The notes below the pieces were generated by a model. It had not been told where the DNA came from. It did not search any database and worked only from the letters and a program-made list of their open reading frames with translations. From Ascidiella aspersa (lineage: Eukaryota), in assembly GCA_963924565.1 (NCBI GenBank), contig OZ004608.1:11904001-11968000 (forward strand): a DNA stretch of 64,000 bases. Reading direction: 5' to 3'. The translations under genes and the position numbers were made by a program. The first letter of the stretch is position 1, and each line of letters begins with the position of its first letter. This document shows, one piece after another, positions 1-12,600 of this stretch.

Positions 1-974
1 ATTCCCACCAAGGTTTGAAGCTTAGCTCAGTAAACAAATTCGTCCATCCTAAAACTTCGCCGTACGTCATGTTGATAATTAAATAATTTGAAACTTAGTA
101 TTTGCAAGTTAATGACTCGTTTTTTTGTATGTTGGACTACCTGTTGGATATACAAGTAAACAATTTGAATTAAAAGTTCTAACGGTAGCCTAAAGCCCTG
201 TCGTCTTTTAATCAGGTGTATCTCACGGCCTGACAAAACGCTCCTATAAAGATACCTTTATTGAAGTATTTTTTTAGTTTATAAACAAACAAGAAACAGG
301 TGATGTGTACCTGCAGGTATTTCCAACCTTGTAGATTCCTCATATTTTTTACCTAACTAAACCGTTTGGAAAGTTAGTAATTTATATTTGGTTGATCAAA
401 TCGACATTTCTAAAATCGTTTAATTATTAGGCCTAATATCTAAAACTGTTACTAAAAAATCAAATTTTGTTACTCGAAATGTTAAAAAAAACTCTGAAGC
501 TTGAATGTAATCCCGCATCATGAGCGTCTGGTGTTCTGTTAGTAAAAATATATTGTATTATACCTATACCTACTATGAACACCTAGAACTGGCTTACATC
601 AGACTTGATCGACTCTCATAAAATCTAGCATATCTTGGTTAATGGTTAGCATGGTAATCAGCTTCCCAATTGCAAATATAGCTTCTCAAACAGTTGCGCT
701 GCAGCTTTGCGAACACAAAGCATTGTTTATTATGTAAAGTTCATAACAACATTACCATATTGTCCAAAGTGTATTCAGCGATCCGGTACATTTTGTTTTT
801 CACTTGCAACTCGTGATGCCAATCAATGCAGGCTAACAAAAACTAGATATCTATATGCGCATAAGCAAAAATGTTATTTCTTCAATTTTAATTTTTTTTA
901 ATTACTTTGTTAGGCTATCTGAATATTAAAATTAGGCTATAGGCTATATTAAATTGATTTTCTTGACAACAAGG

Positions 975-2235
975 ATGTCGTACCGTGAGATTTTAGGATG
1001 GAAGGATGTCTTTGCTCAGTTAGGTTTCACAACTTGGTGGGAATCATTTCGATCTTACACTTTAATTATTATATCAGCCAGCACTTTATTCTATGTGTAC
1101 AGTTCAAGTTCAGGACATGTCGTTTGTCTGCCTTCTGATAATGGGACAGCTATGTTTATAAACTTTGGTTCAGCTGAAGCGGCGTTCACTGATCTTAGAT
1201 GTATTTCATTTTTGCCTCTGGGAAGTTTTTTAACAAACTTCTGGTGGATAAGTTTAGTGGCAACTGCTTCGATTTTCCTGGCAAACAACTTTTGGGAATA
1301 TGCCACACCGTTGGTTGCAGCAATCAACGACCTTAAATCTTTCTACGACAACATTCTGAAAGAGGAAAGAAAATGTCAAATACACGATTTGTTAGACTAC
1401 AAACTAGTAGGCAAACCTCTTCTACCAGCAGATGAACCACAGTCTACCAGCAGGAGTGTTAGTGAGCAGCAAAACTATTCAAAACATACGGAATCAAGGA
1501 AATTATGGAAGGCATTTTTGCAACAAGAACGAAGTCACTTTGGGTCCTGGTATCGCGCGAGAAACGTCATTTCCCTTTTTGTGTCAGCCATGTACGCCAT
1601 AGCGATGGCCGTGTTGGTAATGTTGTTGTTGATACAAATGCAACCTGAATTTGACTGCGTCGTCAACAACACAAGCTTTGTTTGCATCTATCCGCAACAG
1701 AATGTTATCTTGCCTGTTGTCGTGACGCATATGGTGATGTCATCGGTGCAGTGCCTAATATTTTTGGTCGTTCTTTGCAAATATGGAAAACTTGGGAATA
1801 TCAAGCTGTTTCTTCGTATTATGAACCATTCAGGAATTAGCAAAAGGTTAGTAGCTTTTAAAGAGATAGGCCGACTGCAGTTTCTAGATCTGACATTTGC
1901 AGTTTTCTAAATCTCATTATTTCTTATCCTAGTTTTTAAGATATTGTAAAAGTATGATTAAAATTATGGTTTTGTTTTGCAGCGAAAACCACGAGGAGTT
2001 CAAAACAATTGTTGAAGAAATCAAAGACAATAAGAAAAATCTAAAAAAGGCTATAAAGGATGAAATTAAGAATTTCCAAACAATAACCAGTGAAAACGAA
2101 GAATATTTCCATATCTACAAATTGACTGGAGGTCAATTAGAGGATGTTTTTAAAGAGTTAGAGTCACGATTTGCGGTAAATATTGATAAGCTTCGGGTAC
2201 AAGAAAAGGATGATTTTTGCTTTTCTGATGTTTGA
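975..2235 (+). CDS. LRRC8/pannexin-like four-TM large-pore channel protein without an LRR domain (2 coding exons: 975-1846, 1983-2235; ~374 aa)
   Basis: The intron 1847-1982 (AG|gttagt...ttttgcag|C) joins ORF 954..1910 to ORF 1954..2235 in frame (..GISKS-ENHEEF..). Motifs match the LRRC8 TM region as recalled: TTWWESFRSY ~ KPWWDVFTDY, VVCLP ~ MICLP, AFTDLRC ~ NYVDAVC, IFLANNFW ~ IFLACSNFW, FDCVV...FVCIYP ~ VDCTV...YRCAHP. There are four hydrophobic segments and two Cys per extracellular loop. Confidence 0.75.
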
Positions 2236-3432
2236 TCGTGTTAGTAAATCATGAATTACCTTGACCATAGTTCATAAGGCTGTAGAATTATAAACAAAAA
2301 AGTATTCTCAAAACAGTGTTGTAAACGATGCAAATCTAAATTGACTGTACCAATCAAGTCATTTGTAAATAACCTAGGTCACAGTCCAGTAATTTGCCAA
2401 AAAAATAATAATAAGTCAAACCCAAGTCCAAGTCACCGAGGGTATATTGGCCTAGTTCAAATTTCACCCAAAAAAAAACAGCTTACCAATTATATTTATA
2501 TTGCTTTAATTTTTTATGTTACAGCCCTCAAATATGCAATTTCTGCGTATTAGTAACATTTTTGAAATTTTAACGTATTTACAATAATATGTAGGCCAAT
2601 CAAGCTCATAATTTTTTGTTTTTTTACATGCATTTTTTTGTGCTTCGCGCGAACGCCATGCCTTTGTTTTTAGAACACAATGAGACTTTTTTCATTTGCA
2701 TAAAAATCTTTGATTAGTTTTTCTTTGAGACGTATTATATCGTAATTTAAAAAAAACGTGCGTTTAACAACAAATTTATTAGTGGAAACCTAAACGGAAC
2801 GGTTCGGAAGGCGTTGTGAAAATATTTTTGCAGGTACGACGTTCCGTTAAAAATAATGTTCATTTCTACAAGGCTATGTCGCTTTTTCACCTCTTCCCGC
2901 CATCTCCTTGAATGTATTTATACTAAGAATTAGGATGCATATTTGTGAAGAAATGCGTTTCGATGATAATTGCTTTACTTCCCCCTGGTTACTTCGTTCG
3001 GGTTATATAGGCTAAATCGATCGTATAATTTGATATCCGGTATTATTGCTTAAGCCTATTGTTAATCTTTTTAACATTCATTTTATAATTAGCTTAGAAA
3101 AACTGATTTGTGAAAAAATGTGAAAAAATAATCGTGTAGGTTGGTGTTCGACACACAATGTTTGCCAGGTACAAGTCATCCTGATGGCTAAATTTAGACT
3201 TCCACTTTGATGCGTCAAGCTACAGCACTGAGTTTAGGCAAATGTTTTGTTTTAACATACTACCTAAATTTACATTTATAAAAATCAGTTGTTTGTTGTG
3301 GTATGGCTGTTTTTCACTTTAAAAATACTTAAATAAAGATATTTTATCCAATTAAACGATGACAAAACACTTAAAATGAATTATGCACGCCAAAGGCTCA
3401 GTCATTTTGTATACACAAAAAATAATAATTAA

Positions 3433-3800
3433 TAGAGATTGACCGAAACCGATACCCGACTTTTTACAATTTTGTCATCCGATACCCGATACGATTTTTT
3501 ATATACCTGGGAAATGTTCAAAACTTGAATTAAATGAAACTAAAATCCAAATAACGTTTTAGTTTATATACCTATATTCATTATTAAACTACTATTTTGC
3601 ATATTGCCTTGACATAATGCTGAAACCCAAATTTGTTGATTAAAAATAGTTATGTTGTTTGTTCTACAGGAAATATTATATCATTTTACATACTAAAATA
3701 TCGTCAGAAGTATCGGCTTACATTTACCGATACTAATATATCGGTAGAAGCCAAATATCGGCCGATATTATCAACAAACCGATATATCGGTCAATCTCTA
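3433..3800. mobile_element. Non-autonomous hAT-like MITE
   Basis: Perfect 14-bp terminal inverted repeats TAGAGATTGACCGA / TCGGTCAATCTCTA, multiple subterminal CCGATA/TATCGG motifs, and a degenerate 8-bp flank (ataattaa / ataatgac). Confidence 0.75.
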
Positions 3801-3878
3801 ATAATGACACAAAGGTAGAAACTTTATGACTAGGACTCCGGAATATTCACAATGAAAAGTTTGGCAGACCTTTTAGAG

Positions 3879-3950
3879 CAGGGATGGGCAATTATTTTTA
3901 GTCGCGGGCCGCATGAGAAACTTAAAATGATGTGACGGGCCGGGTCAAAA
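3879..3950. mobile_element. Truncated hAT/Charlie-like element end
   Basis: CAGGGATGGGCAA...CGCGGGCCGCAT...CGGGCCG resembles the left termini of the hAT MITEs at 12601 and 41529. No matching right end was found. Confidence 0.45.
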
Positions 3951-4904
3951 AAAACCTCAAATACACGCAACATGACGTCATACTCTGGCGCCATAAAACA
4001 AATAAGCTAACGAACTTGTTGTTACGTTTGGAGTTGTGCGAAAATGTGCAATTTAAATCAAATTTAAAGAAGGCCACAAGACGTTTTAAAATGCAAACTT
4101 TAAATTAGATTTAGAGGGGAACGTGACGCATTGAGCACAGATAAAAGAATGTACCTTACTTGATAAATTGGCGTTTATTAAGTTGTTGCCTGGTGTGAAC
4201 TCATGCGACAATCTTGCCTAACTACTGTGGTATTGTCCGACTTACAGGACTAAAGGCTAAAATCTATCTATTGCTACGAACCAAATTAGCAAAATCCGTG
4301 CAACTGAATACAAACTACAACTGAAAAGTGACTGGTTTACCCTGACCAACACCAAATATAGCTAAGGTACAAAAGCACGAAAACAAAATAAATCTTGGCG
4401 AGAATCTTTACCACATTAGGATATAGGGTACTTTAATATTAATAAAAATACACAGCGCAGCTATACAAGCAGTTTTTTCAAATTCGAACAGAATTATTAA
4501 ACAGCATTTAATTTACCTCGATCATTAATACGCAAAACAAAAGTTAAAATGAAAACCGGGACACCATTGGAAGCGGAATCGGCAACGACATATTGCACCA
4601 TCGCGTGATACTATTTCATTGTCAGACGCATAGCTCTCAAGCGGTACGTTTGGTTTAATTTTGACTTCAAGCAAATGAATACATATCGAACTTTTAGTGC
4701 AACATAGTTGACAAATTCCTAAATAAACCTCATACAGACTAAGATCCTTAAACTTTGACCACGAAAATTGAAAATTCCCAAAATTAGGTGGCGCCGATTC
4801 GTATCAAATCAGTTTTTAAAGTAACTGGGACAATATCCAGTTTAGGGTGAAACGTGTGAACTAACGAAGTGCTACGGAGGGTCGAAAGCGTTTGGTGGCA
4901 ATCA

Positions 4905-7900
4905 TCAGGTGGTCCTGAGCTGGTAATCTGAAAAACAATAAACGATATAAAGTACACATTAAGACTAAAAACGTTACCGTTAGAACCATTCGACTGTTAA
5001 ACAACAAAAACAAGGGAAACAAAAGGGCAAACGTGAATTGTAATAAATTAGTCAAAAGGCGCACACTTGAAATTGTCGGCCAAGAGCAAAAAGTCGCAGA
5101 AGTTTGAACAAAGCTGCCCTCGTGTTTATCAGCCTCTAAACACCTGGGTTTTGACAAATTTATAAAAACCTTGTTTTTGAAGCAATATTTCCCGGATTAG
5201 GCAGTACCATTTTTCAAATTTATTCAACGTGCGAAAATACTTTCTAAACAAGAAAGGAAATCCAAATCCAGGTTTAAAACATAGCATTTGATTAAATAGT
5301 AAAACGGATGAAAAGTACTGAAATCCGCAGTGATAAAAGAAAAGTTTTAAGTTTATAACTTACCGCCGTTCTGGGTTATGTAGCGCACCCAGGGAAGTGC
5401 TTGGTAGCCGCTTTTCTCAATGATTTTAAGATACCGCACCTTTACAACAAACGAACCAATAGTTATTTAGACTTGAATATTAAAGCCCATATAGAAGTAG
5501 GTATCAAGTTTAACGTTTCGAATAACTCTTTATTTATCTTCAACAGTTGTTTGAAATGTTCAAAATAATACTACATATGTATGGGATTTTATATTCGTAT
5601 TACGTCTTACTCCAACCTTCAACCATTATGCTCAATTAATTATTTGTTTTGATAAATATTTATTAAAATCGTTTATCATTAAAAGGAAGCAATACTAAAA
5701 TGCTCATACCTTTAGTTCCAACGAAAGCTTAATTTCACACCATAATCCTTTGATTTATCGGAATTTTGCCACGAATGGTCTTATATCTTTGTACTTATGT
5801 TACTCACCTGAATGCCAGATGTTGTGAAGTAGGGAATTTCGAACTTGACGCTGATCGGGGGGCGTCCCTCAACCTCTTCACTTTCCACGCTGGGAAGTCC
5901 GAAGTGAGCTCTCATCAAATACTCTTTTCCACCCTAATAAAGACAACTTGGTCGCTGATTTAATTTAAAAAAAACGTAGATCTTAATCTCACTTCTGCCT
6001 TTATTACGAAAGGCGTGGTTTACTATTATAAGTTAGGCAAACATTTATATTTTTGGAGCACTCGGACTGATTACGCGACTTTTTAAACACAAACGCAACC
6101 AAAGCGTGGCAACTCGCAATTTAAGATGTTTAAACATATTGTAAGTAGGTCGCAAGGTGCTTACTATTGTAGGTATATGAACCTTAATAATTTCTTAACT
6201 GTAGGTAGGCATATAAACTGCCAGGGTTACACCAAGATTACACCATTGACGTAACCTAATCACACGCTAAAAATGATGTGAAGTCATTCTTATTCCATTT
6301 CTGCTGCTTTTCCTTTCATGGATAAGTATAGGTTTGGTAACAAAAATGGCGTTCGTCCATTTTTAACTTTTGCCCTAGTGTTTTTTTACCGGAAAAGACT
6401 TGATTTGCCAGACGATTTGGGTCGACTCCGGCACCCAGCGCACACTACCAACGGAGGTCTTGAACTTTGGCGAATCGGCGTCGTTGGGAACTGGAATCAC
6501 AATCTCCACGTTGTTTGCTGTGGATCGCCTCTTGAACTGGCTCTTTGCCTGTGTGAGAAAATTTGTTCACGTTGATGCCGAATCGGCGTTTTAGATATAT
6601 TCGGCGCCGTGAAATTACAAAAAACGATCTTTTATAAATCTATAGCGCGTAACGATTTAGATCAGTCAGCTTTGTGTTGGAAAAAACACAGATTACTTTT
6701 TAGCTCAGCAAAATCATACACACGATACATTACTGCTGAAACAAACCACTGATTTTTGCAGAACACTATGTTTGAAAATAAAATTACGATGGTTGTATTT
6801 TCCCTGGAGCAGTTTTCTCGTATGTTGGCATGATCTAACTTCCGTAATCGTAATTGCTACCTACACACCAGTTGGGCAATAAGGTTCTAGAGAGAAATGA
6901 CTTATTAAAAAAATACCATACCTTGACCATGATCTCTACTCGGCTGTGTGAGTGTCTCTCAATCACTGATTCGATCCATATCAACGGCTTTACCTACAAA
7001 AGTTTCGGGTGTTTTCAGGGAGGGGATTTAAATAGTACACAATTTTCTTCAGCGGCCTGTTACTTTGGAAATCAAAAATATACAAGAGACATGGAAGAGG
7101 CTTAGGCAGCCGTCAGTTCTCGCCTGAAGGGCTAGTGCCTTACTAACCCACAGCAATGCTAAACACTAAAACAGTCTACTTTCTTATTCAGCCTTATACT
7201 GAAAAATACTAGGTTTAGTATTACAAGACTCATTATGTATTACGTGGGTGTTAAGGCGATAGGACATCAATTCGAATTCCCCATCTGGCGGTATAAAGGA
7301 TATGGTGCGGTCGTTTTCGAAGCGGGAAAGTCGCACGCACTGGTGAAATTTGATGTCCTCCATTTCCACCGCTTTGCTCTTACCCCCTGGAAATTTTAAC
7401 CGCATTAATTATTTTATCGGAGTGACGTGAATTGTGTCAGGAAATAAGTTGAGCTGCGAAGATTTAGAACTATAAAACAAAGGGGACAGCATTTGTTGGA
7501 TTTTTACAACATGGTAGGTTTCCCCTTCCGTAATATGTTGGTGTGTTGCAACTTGCAGGGTTTAAAATTTTTTGTAAAAAAATATCGAACAAATTATACG
7601 ACCTTTTAAAGAAACGGTGGTGGAATACTTTTAGACCATAATATACCAGTTTTGCATACAAACAGATTTTATCATAGAATATAGTATGAATATCACATAT
7701 ACACAATTATAGAAGCTTTTCTGGGTCATACTTCCAGTGTTTTGGAACAGCACTTTGTCATTGAGGCCCAATCTAAGCTCTGGCATGCCGGAGAGAAAAA
7801 CCCTCATTTTCACACTTCCCACAATCTCTGAGCGCAGCACGTTTCCAGTTGTGCTAACAAGAAGGTTCACTGATTCAATCACATCCAAGAACACCTATGT

Positions 7901-9091
7901 AAAAATAACAAAACATTAGAACAATCACACCAATGTATGATTTGTTTTAAATCAGTGCAAAGGCTGTTTTAATCAGGGTGAAATCTTGATTAGGAAATAG
8001 CTAACCTCGTTTTTGCGATATTTAAGTCCCTCTGATCGCCAGGAAACAGCATTTGTTACAGTGGAAGGAGGACGCACTTGTATCTCAAGTTTGTGACTTT
8101 CCTGTGTTATATATCTAGGGAAAGCAAATTGTGTAAAATATGCCATCAATAGTTGAGTTTAAAACCTTGTTGATAAAAACTTATGGCCCAACAACAAAAT
8201 AGTGTCAGGGCATAACATTCAGATATAACTTACTCTTGCAATACTTTTGCATCACTGAACTGTGGATAGCCAAAGTCCATAACCTCATCAAACAGTTCAT
8301 AAACAATCACAAAATTGTCTTTAATGCTCTCTTCTTCCAGTTCTTTGAAGTAATGCGTTAAAATCTAGATTCAACATAAATACCACAGGTTAAACCTCAA
8401 ACGTTTGGACTGCTTTTAATCACAATTTAGGTATTTACCAACCTGGCATAGTTTGTGCATAAATGCCATGATCATCATAACATTGGAATTTTTGTTTGTG
8501 GTCGCCACCATATAAAGGTTTGTAAAACTTATAAACACAAACGTAATATCACCATGTTGTATTACAGGGGAAAGGGTGCCTTCCTGTAAAATTAAAAATG
8601 TAACACATTCTCAATTGAAGTTTAAGCTTTTACATTTTTATGCTTAAAACCGATTTAAAAAACGTTTAGCCCTGAAACTTTATCTCAACCATTTTTTCAA
8701 CAAAACAAATCACTAAACCTTTTGCATTTAAAAAAAAGCATGTTTTAACCAACTTTTTTAAGTTAAAATACTTGAAATATTATCATGACCTCTTCCTGTT
8801 CCATTATAAGCTTGGGAAAGGAGTCAATGGAATTCATCGGAATATCACCTCGATAATTCCTTGATATTAGCACCTGTGGAAAAATTTTGAAAAGCAAACA
8901 TTAAGATCAGTATAAAGCCCAATATAATACTATCTATTCAGTTTTCATTAACCTGTAAAATGCAGCTAAAACAAACAGTAGGTAAAATAATAAAGTATTT
9001 AAATCATATTTTCCTACATAATAACATGATAGAACTTTTTTTGTCATACCTTCCCTTTAAAGTCCAGTATGTACAGTGCAGATGCAACCAT
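4905..9091 (-). CDS. AP1M1: AP-1 complex subunit mu-1 (12 coding exons)
   Basis: Spliced translation: MVASALYILDFKGK|VLISRNYRGD...|EGTLSP...|...ELEEESIKDNFVIVYEL...|...VSWRSEGLKYRKNE|VFLDVIESVNLL...GMPELRLGLNDK|...DIKFHQCVRLSRFENDRTISFIPPDGEFELMSYRL|...|AKSQFKRRSTANNVEI...|GGKEYLMRAHFGLPSV...|VRYLKIIEKSGYQALPWVRYITQNG|DYQLRTT*. All introns are GT-AG and phases are consistent. Confidence 0.96.
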
Positions 9092-9449
9092 TTTGTTGAT
9101 TTGTGGATCAAACTTGTTACAGTATTCAGTGAAAGTTTTATTCTAAAAACTGTGAACCAATATTTTTTTTTTACTTTTTTTAACCTATAAATATCTACAA
9201 AAAGAAAAGAAAATAGACTTTAGGACAAAAGAAAAAATAAGACTCAAAAAGAAATCCTCGTTTTTTTAAACTTAACAGGGATAAAGGTTAAACAATGTCA
9301 CTATTTTTTTTAACTTGTTTAAATAAATCTTGCTCAGGAATAAGAAAAATGTAAGAAAAAATAAAAATACAATAAATCGATATAATCGCAGTGAACAAAA
9401 ATCTAAACAACACTTTTGTATAAAATTAAAAAACAAAAACAGGACAGTA

Positions 9450-11216
9450 TCAGTTTTCTTGCTGAGTCTTGAAGGTATTTAACCATGTTGCTAAGTGATC
9501 AGCAATTTGAGTGAGGTAAGTAAAAGAGGATGGTCCTCCAGATTTCTTTTTTGGTGGTTGTATTTTGTATGGACTTGGTCTAAAGATAAAAAAATAAATG
9601 ATTTGAGCTGGCTTAGTTTGCAAGTTATTTTACTTTGGGTCAAAAAATGTGGTTATAATCATAAATCACTAAAAAAAATAATCATAAATCACTACTTTAG
9701 AAACTAAAAGGTTATTGTCCACTTTAAATGTACAAACCGACCTGCAGTTTAGTTTTGCATTTGTTTCTTCAACATCAACATTTTGTTTGAAGATCTGCCT
9801 TTTACTTTTTGAAGGCCGTTTCTTTTTGTACTTATCTAAAAATGCAACAACAGCTTTATTGTGCATTTCTTCAACCTCCCTCAGGTGTACATCATCTTCA
9901 GATTCAAAATTGTGTGGGGTTAACAGAAAGCCCACAGGAACAACATCAAGAACTTGGTTTCCATTTTCCATAAAAGTGGTCTGTGGTGTTGTTGCCGCAA
10001 TGGCTTCAATGTAACTTCTATCTTCTTTACTTACCAGTTCAGATTTGCGAATTGAAGGATTAATGGTTGCATCTCTATAGTTGTGTTCAGTGTTTCTTGT
10101 AGTTTCATCCCCAAACTCAGAGGTAATGTCTGAAATTGCACCATTAGTATATCCCATAGAATGTTTACCAAGGCCTTCACTAATTACTGGTTTTACTGCT
10201 ACTTCAGTTACCGATATAACATCAGCTCTTGCCTCCTCTTTATCTTCATTCATGTAAAAAGCACTTTTTGTGTTAACAGATTCCATACTTAACTCATTTC
10301 CGGTAAGGCTTTTAGGTTCATTAACATGATCACCATTTTCAGTGGTCTGTGACTTTAAAGTATCTTTATTTTTAGATAGAGACAAAACATTAAACCTGGC
10401 ATCGACTTGTGATCCTGCTATGTAGCTAGGTTTTTCATTGTACACAGACATATTTGTTTCTTTATTTTTAGAATCTGATATCACATCAGATATTGCGTTA
10501 TTTCTTGTTTTATTATTGTGAGTGCTATTTGTACTGTCCCCAAGCTTAGAAGTATTTGTAATTTTAGATTCATTACAAACATCAGATTTCCTGCTTCTGT
10601 TATCATTGATTTGCGCAGCATGTTCAGTGTTAGTAGATTCATTGGCAACAACTTTAGAAAACATGGAAACATTTGATAGTGCATTATTTATATTTTCTTT
10701 AATGGCACCATTGTTTTCTTGATTCACTCTATGTATATAATCAACATCAACCAAGGATTTGCTGGCAACTGTTTCATTACCTATATCAGATTGCACAGTT
10801 TCTGATAAATTTTCCTTGATAGTTTGCAAAGTTTTAGATGAGTGGACTTTAATTGGTGAAAGTCTTATTTTCTTAATTGCATTTGAAGTATCGTCTTCTG
10901 GCAAAGGAGCTTCTATTCTGGTTGAAGACATGATGATGTCTGTAGTTTGCGATAAGGGAATATCAACCAACTGTGCATCATTGTCATTTACTGTAAAATT
11001 GTTGACATTCTTCAAGTAAGATTCAGACTCCGGTGCTGCATTTACAAATTTCTTGAGCCTTTCTGGCAGTTTAATGGCAAGGGGCTTTTGCAAGTCAATT
11101 GGATCCCTTTTGTTGCGTGATGAAAAGTTGTACGCCTTGTGTTTTTTTGTTCCTGTGTCCCTATAATGAACTCCAAAAACGTCTTCCATTTCTTGCCATG
11201 TGCTAATAGAATTCAT
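9450..11216 (-). CDS. Uncharacterised, largely disordered N/S/T/E/K-rich protein (~534 aa; exons 11216-9742 and 9579-9450)
   Basis: A 515-codon ORF in AT-rich DNA. The donor CAG|gtcggt at 9741 and acceptor tttatctttag at 9580 continue in frame (..NCRPSPYKIQPPKKKSGG...KTQQEN*). It has a 5' acceptor at 11262 and a basic NLS-like KYKKKRPSKSKR. No family was recognised. Confidence 0.7.
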
Positions 11217-12600
11217 TGTGATATGTTTATCTGGTGATAATCAGGCCAAGAGACAATTTACCTGAAGAACAAACTAGTTAAATATAAATGGTTGTATCAG
11301 TACTCAAGCCATACATACTACTCATTGAGTAAATTTTAGAAATGAGCAAAACTCAATAAATTAAATATTTATTATACCACCACCCTAACCCAAACGCTGA
11401 CCAACTGCTTCCCAACCTTTTTTCCCTCAGAAATAAGAAATAGGTTTCTACTTTATTAATTCACTTTAATGTCACAATAAACTCTAATCATACACTAAGA
11501 GTTGTAGAAAGAGGCTACTATGTAAACCAATTTCTAGCAAAATCCAATTTTTTCGATGACCTCATATTTCTCGACATTAGAAATAGCGCCCTGGGGTGCC
11601 ACAGCACTGCTGGTTGCAAACCACTGCGCTAACCCTTTTATTATTAAATGGACACTTCATTAACAGATAAAGACAACAGGATCAACTTTATTGTTTCAGC
11701 TTAACTTTTATGATTTAATTTAAAACATTTACCTAGGTCCTACAGCTTCGACTAATCTGTATTTTAACTAAAATATCTTTATGACATATTTTATGAAACA
11801 AGACGTGGCCAATTTGATTTCGCAAAATTCGATTTTAGCAATAAATTTTGTTGTTGTTCTGATTTAAGCCTAAACTGGTTGTTATAGGGATATGTGGTTT
11901 TATTCTTAAAAGTTTATCTGACACATTAAAGAACTGTTTTAATACAACTTCGGTTATAGCACACATCAGCAAACAAAAATGATTGTGTGAATTATTACTG
12001 TTTAATGCGTTAAGTACACTTTCAGTGAAAAATGCTGCAGTGGACTTCACAACTTTATTTACAAATAAGTTTGTGGTGATTTAAACATAAGCTTAGAAAA
12101 AATTGCCAGCATTGGTTGTCGATTCATGTTGACACCGGCATGTGTCAATCATTTGTTGCCAAAATATGTTCCCAATAGTCGTAGTACTATAAAACGGTGT
12201 TAAACAGAAACTCGTAGCACAGTGTAGCGAATTATAGTTTTAAATAGGCAATTAAAGGTATTTTATAAAGTTTAACCAAAAAATATTACAAAAGTTTTTG
12301 ATTTGTTATTACAAACACTGCCAAATACCGGCTGCCACGCACCCGGTTGCCACCTGATGCTGCCGCTTGTCAGTGATCGTAACGTATCTCATGCGTGGCA
12401 GGGAAATAGGAATTTGTTTCAACTTTAAATTAATAAACCTTAAATCAATAATTCTATATATTATTATTGTATTAAACACTACTGTATAGTATTGTTGATT
12501 AAACTTGGCAAAACAGGAAGGCAAGCGCGTCATTTATCCTGGAGTGCTCGGGTATCTATTAGCTTAGCACAAATAGCACTTCCTAATCTACTTTTTAAGG

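Noticed and set aside
1847-1982. ORF 954..1910 and ORF 1954..2235 as two separate genes or a frameshifted pseudogene
   Set aside because: A canonical GT-AG intron joins them in frame.
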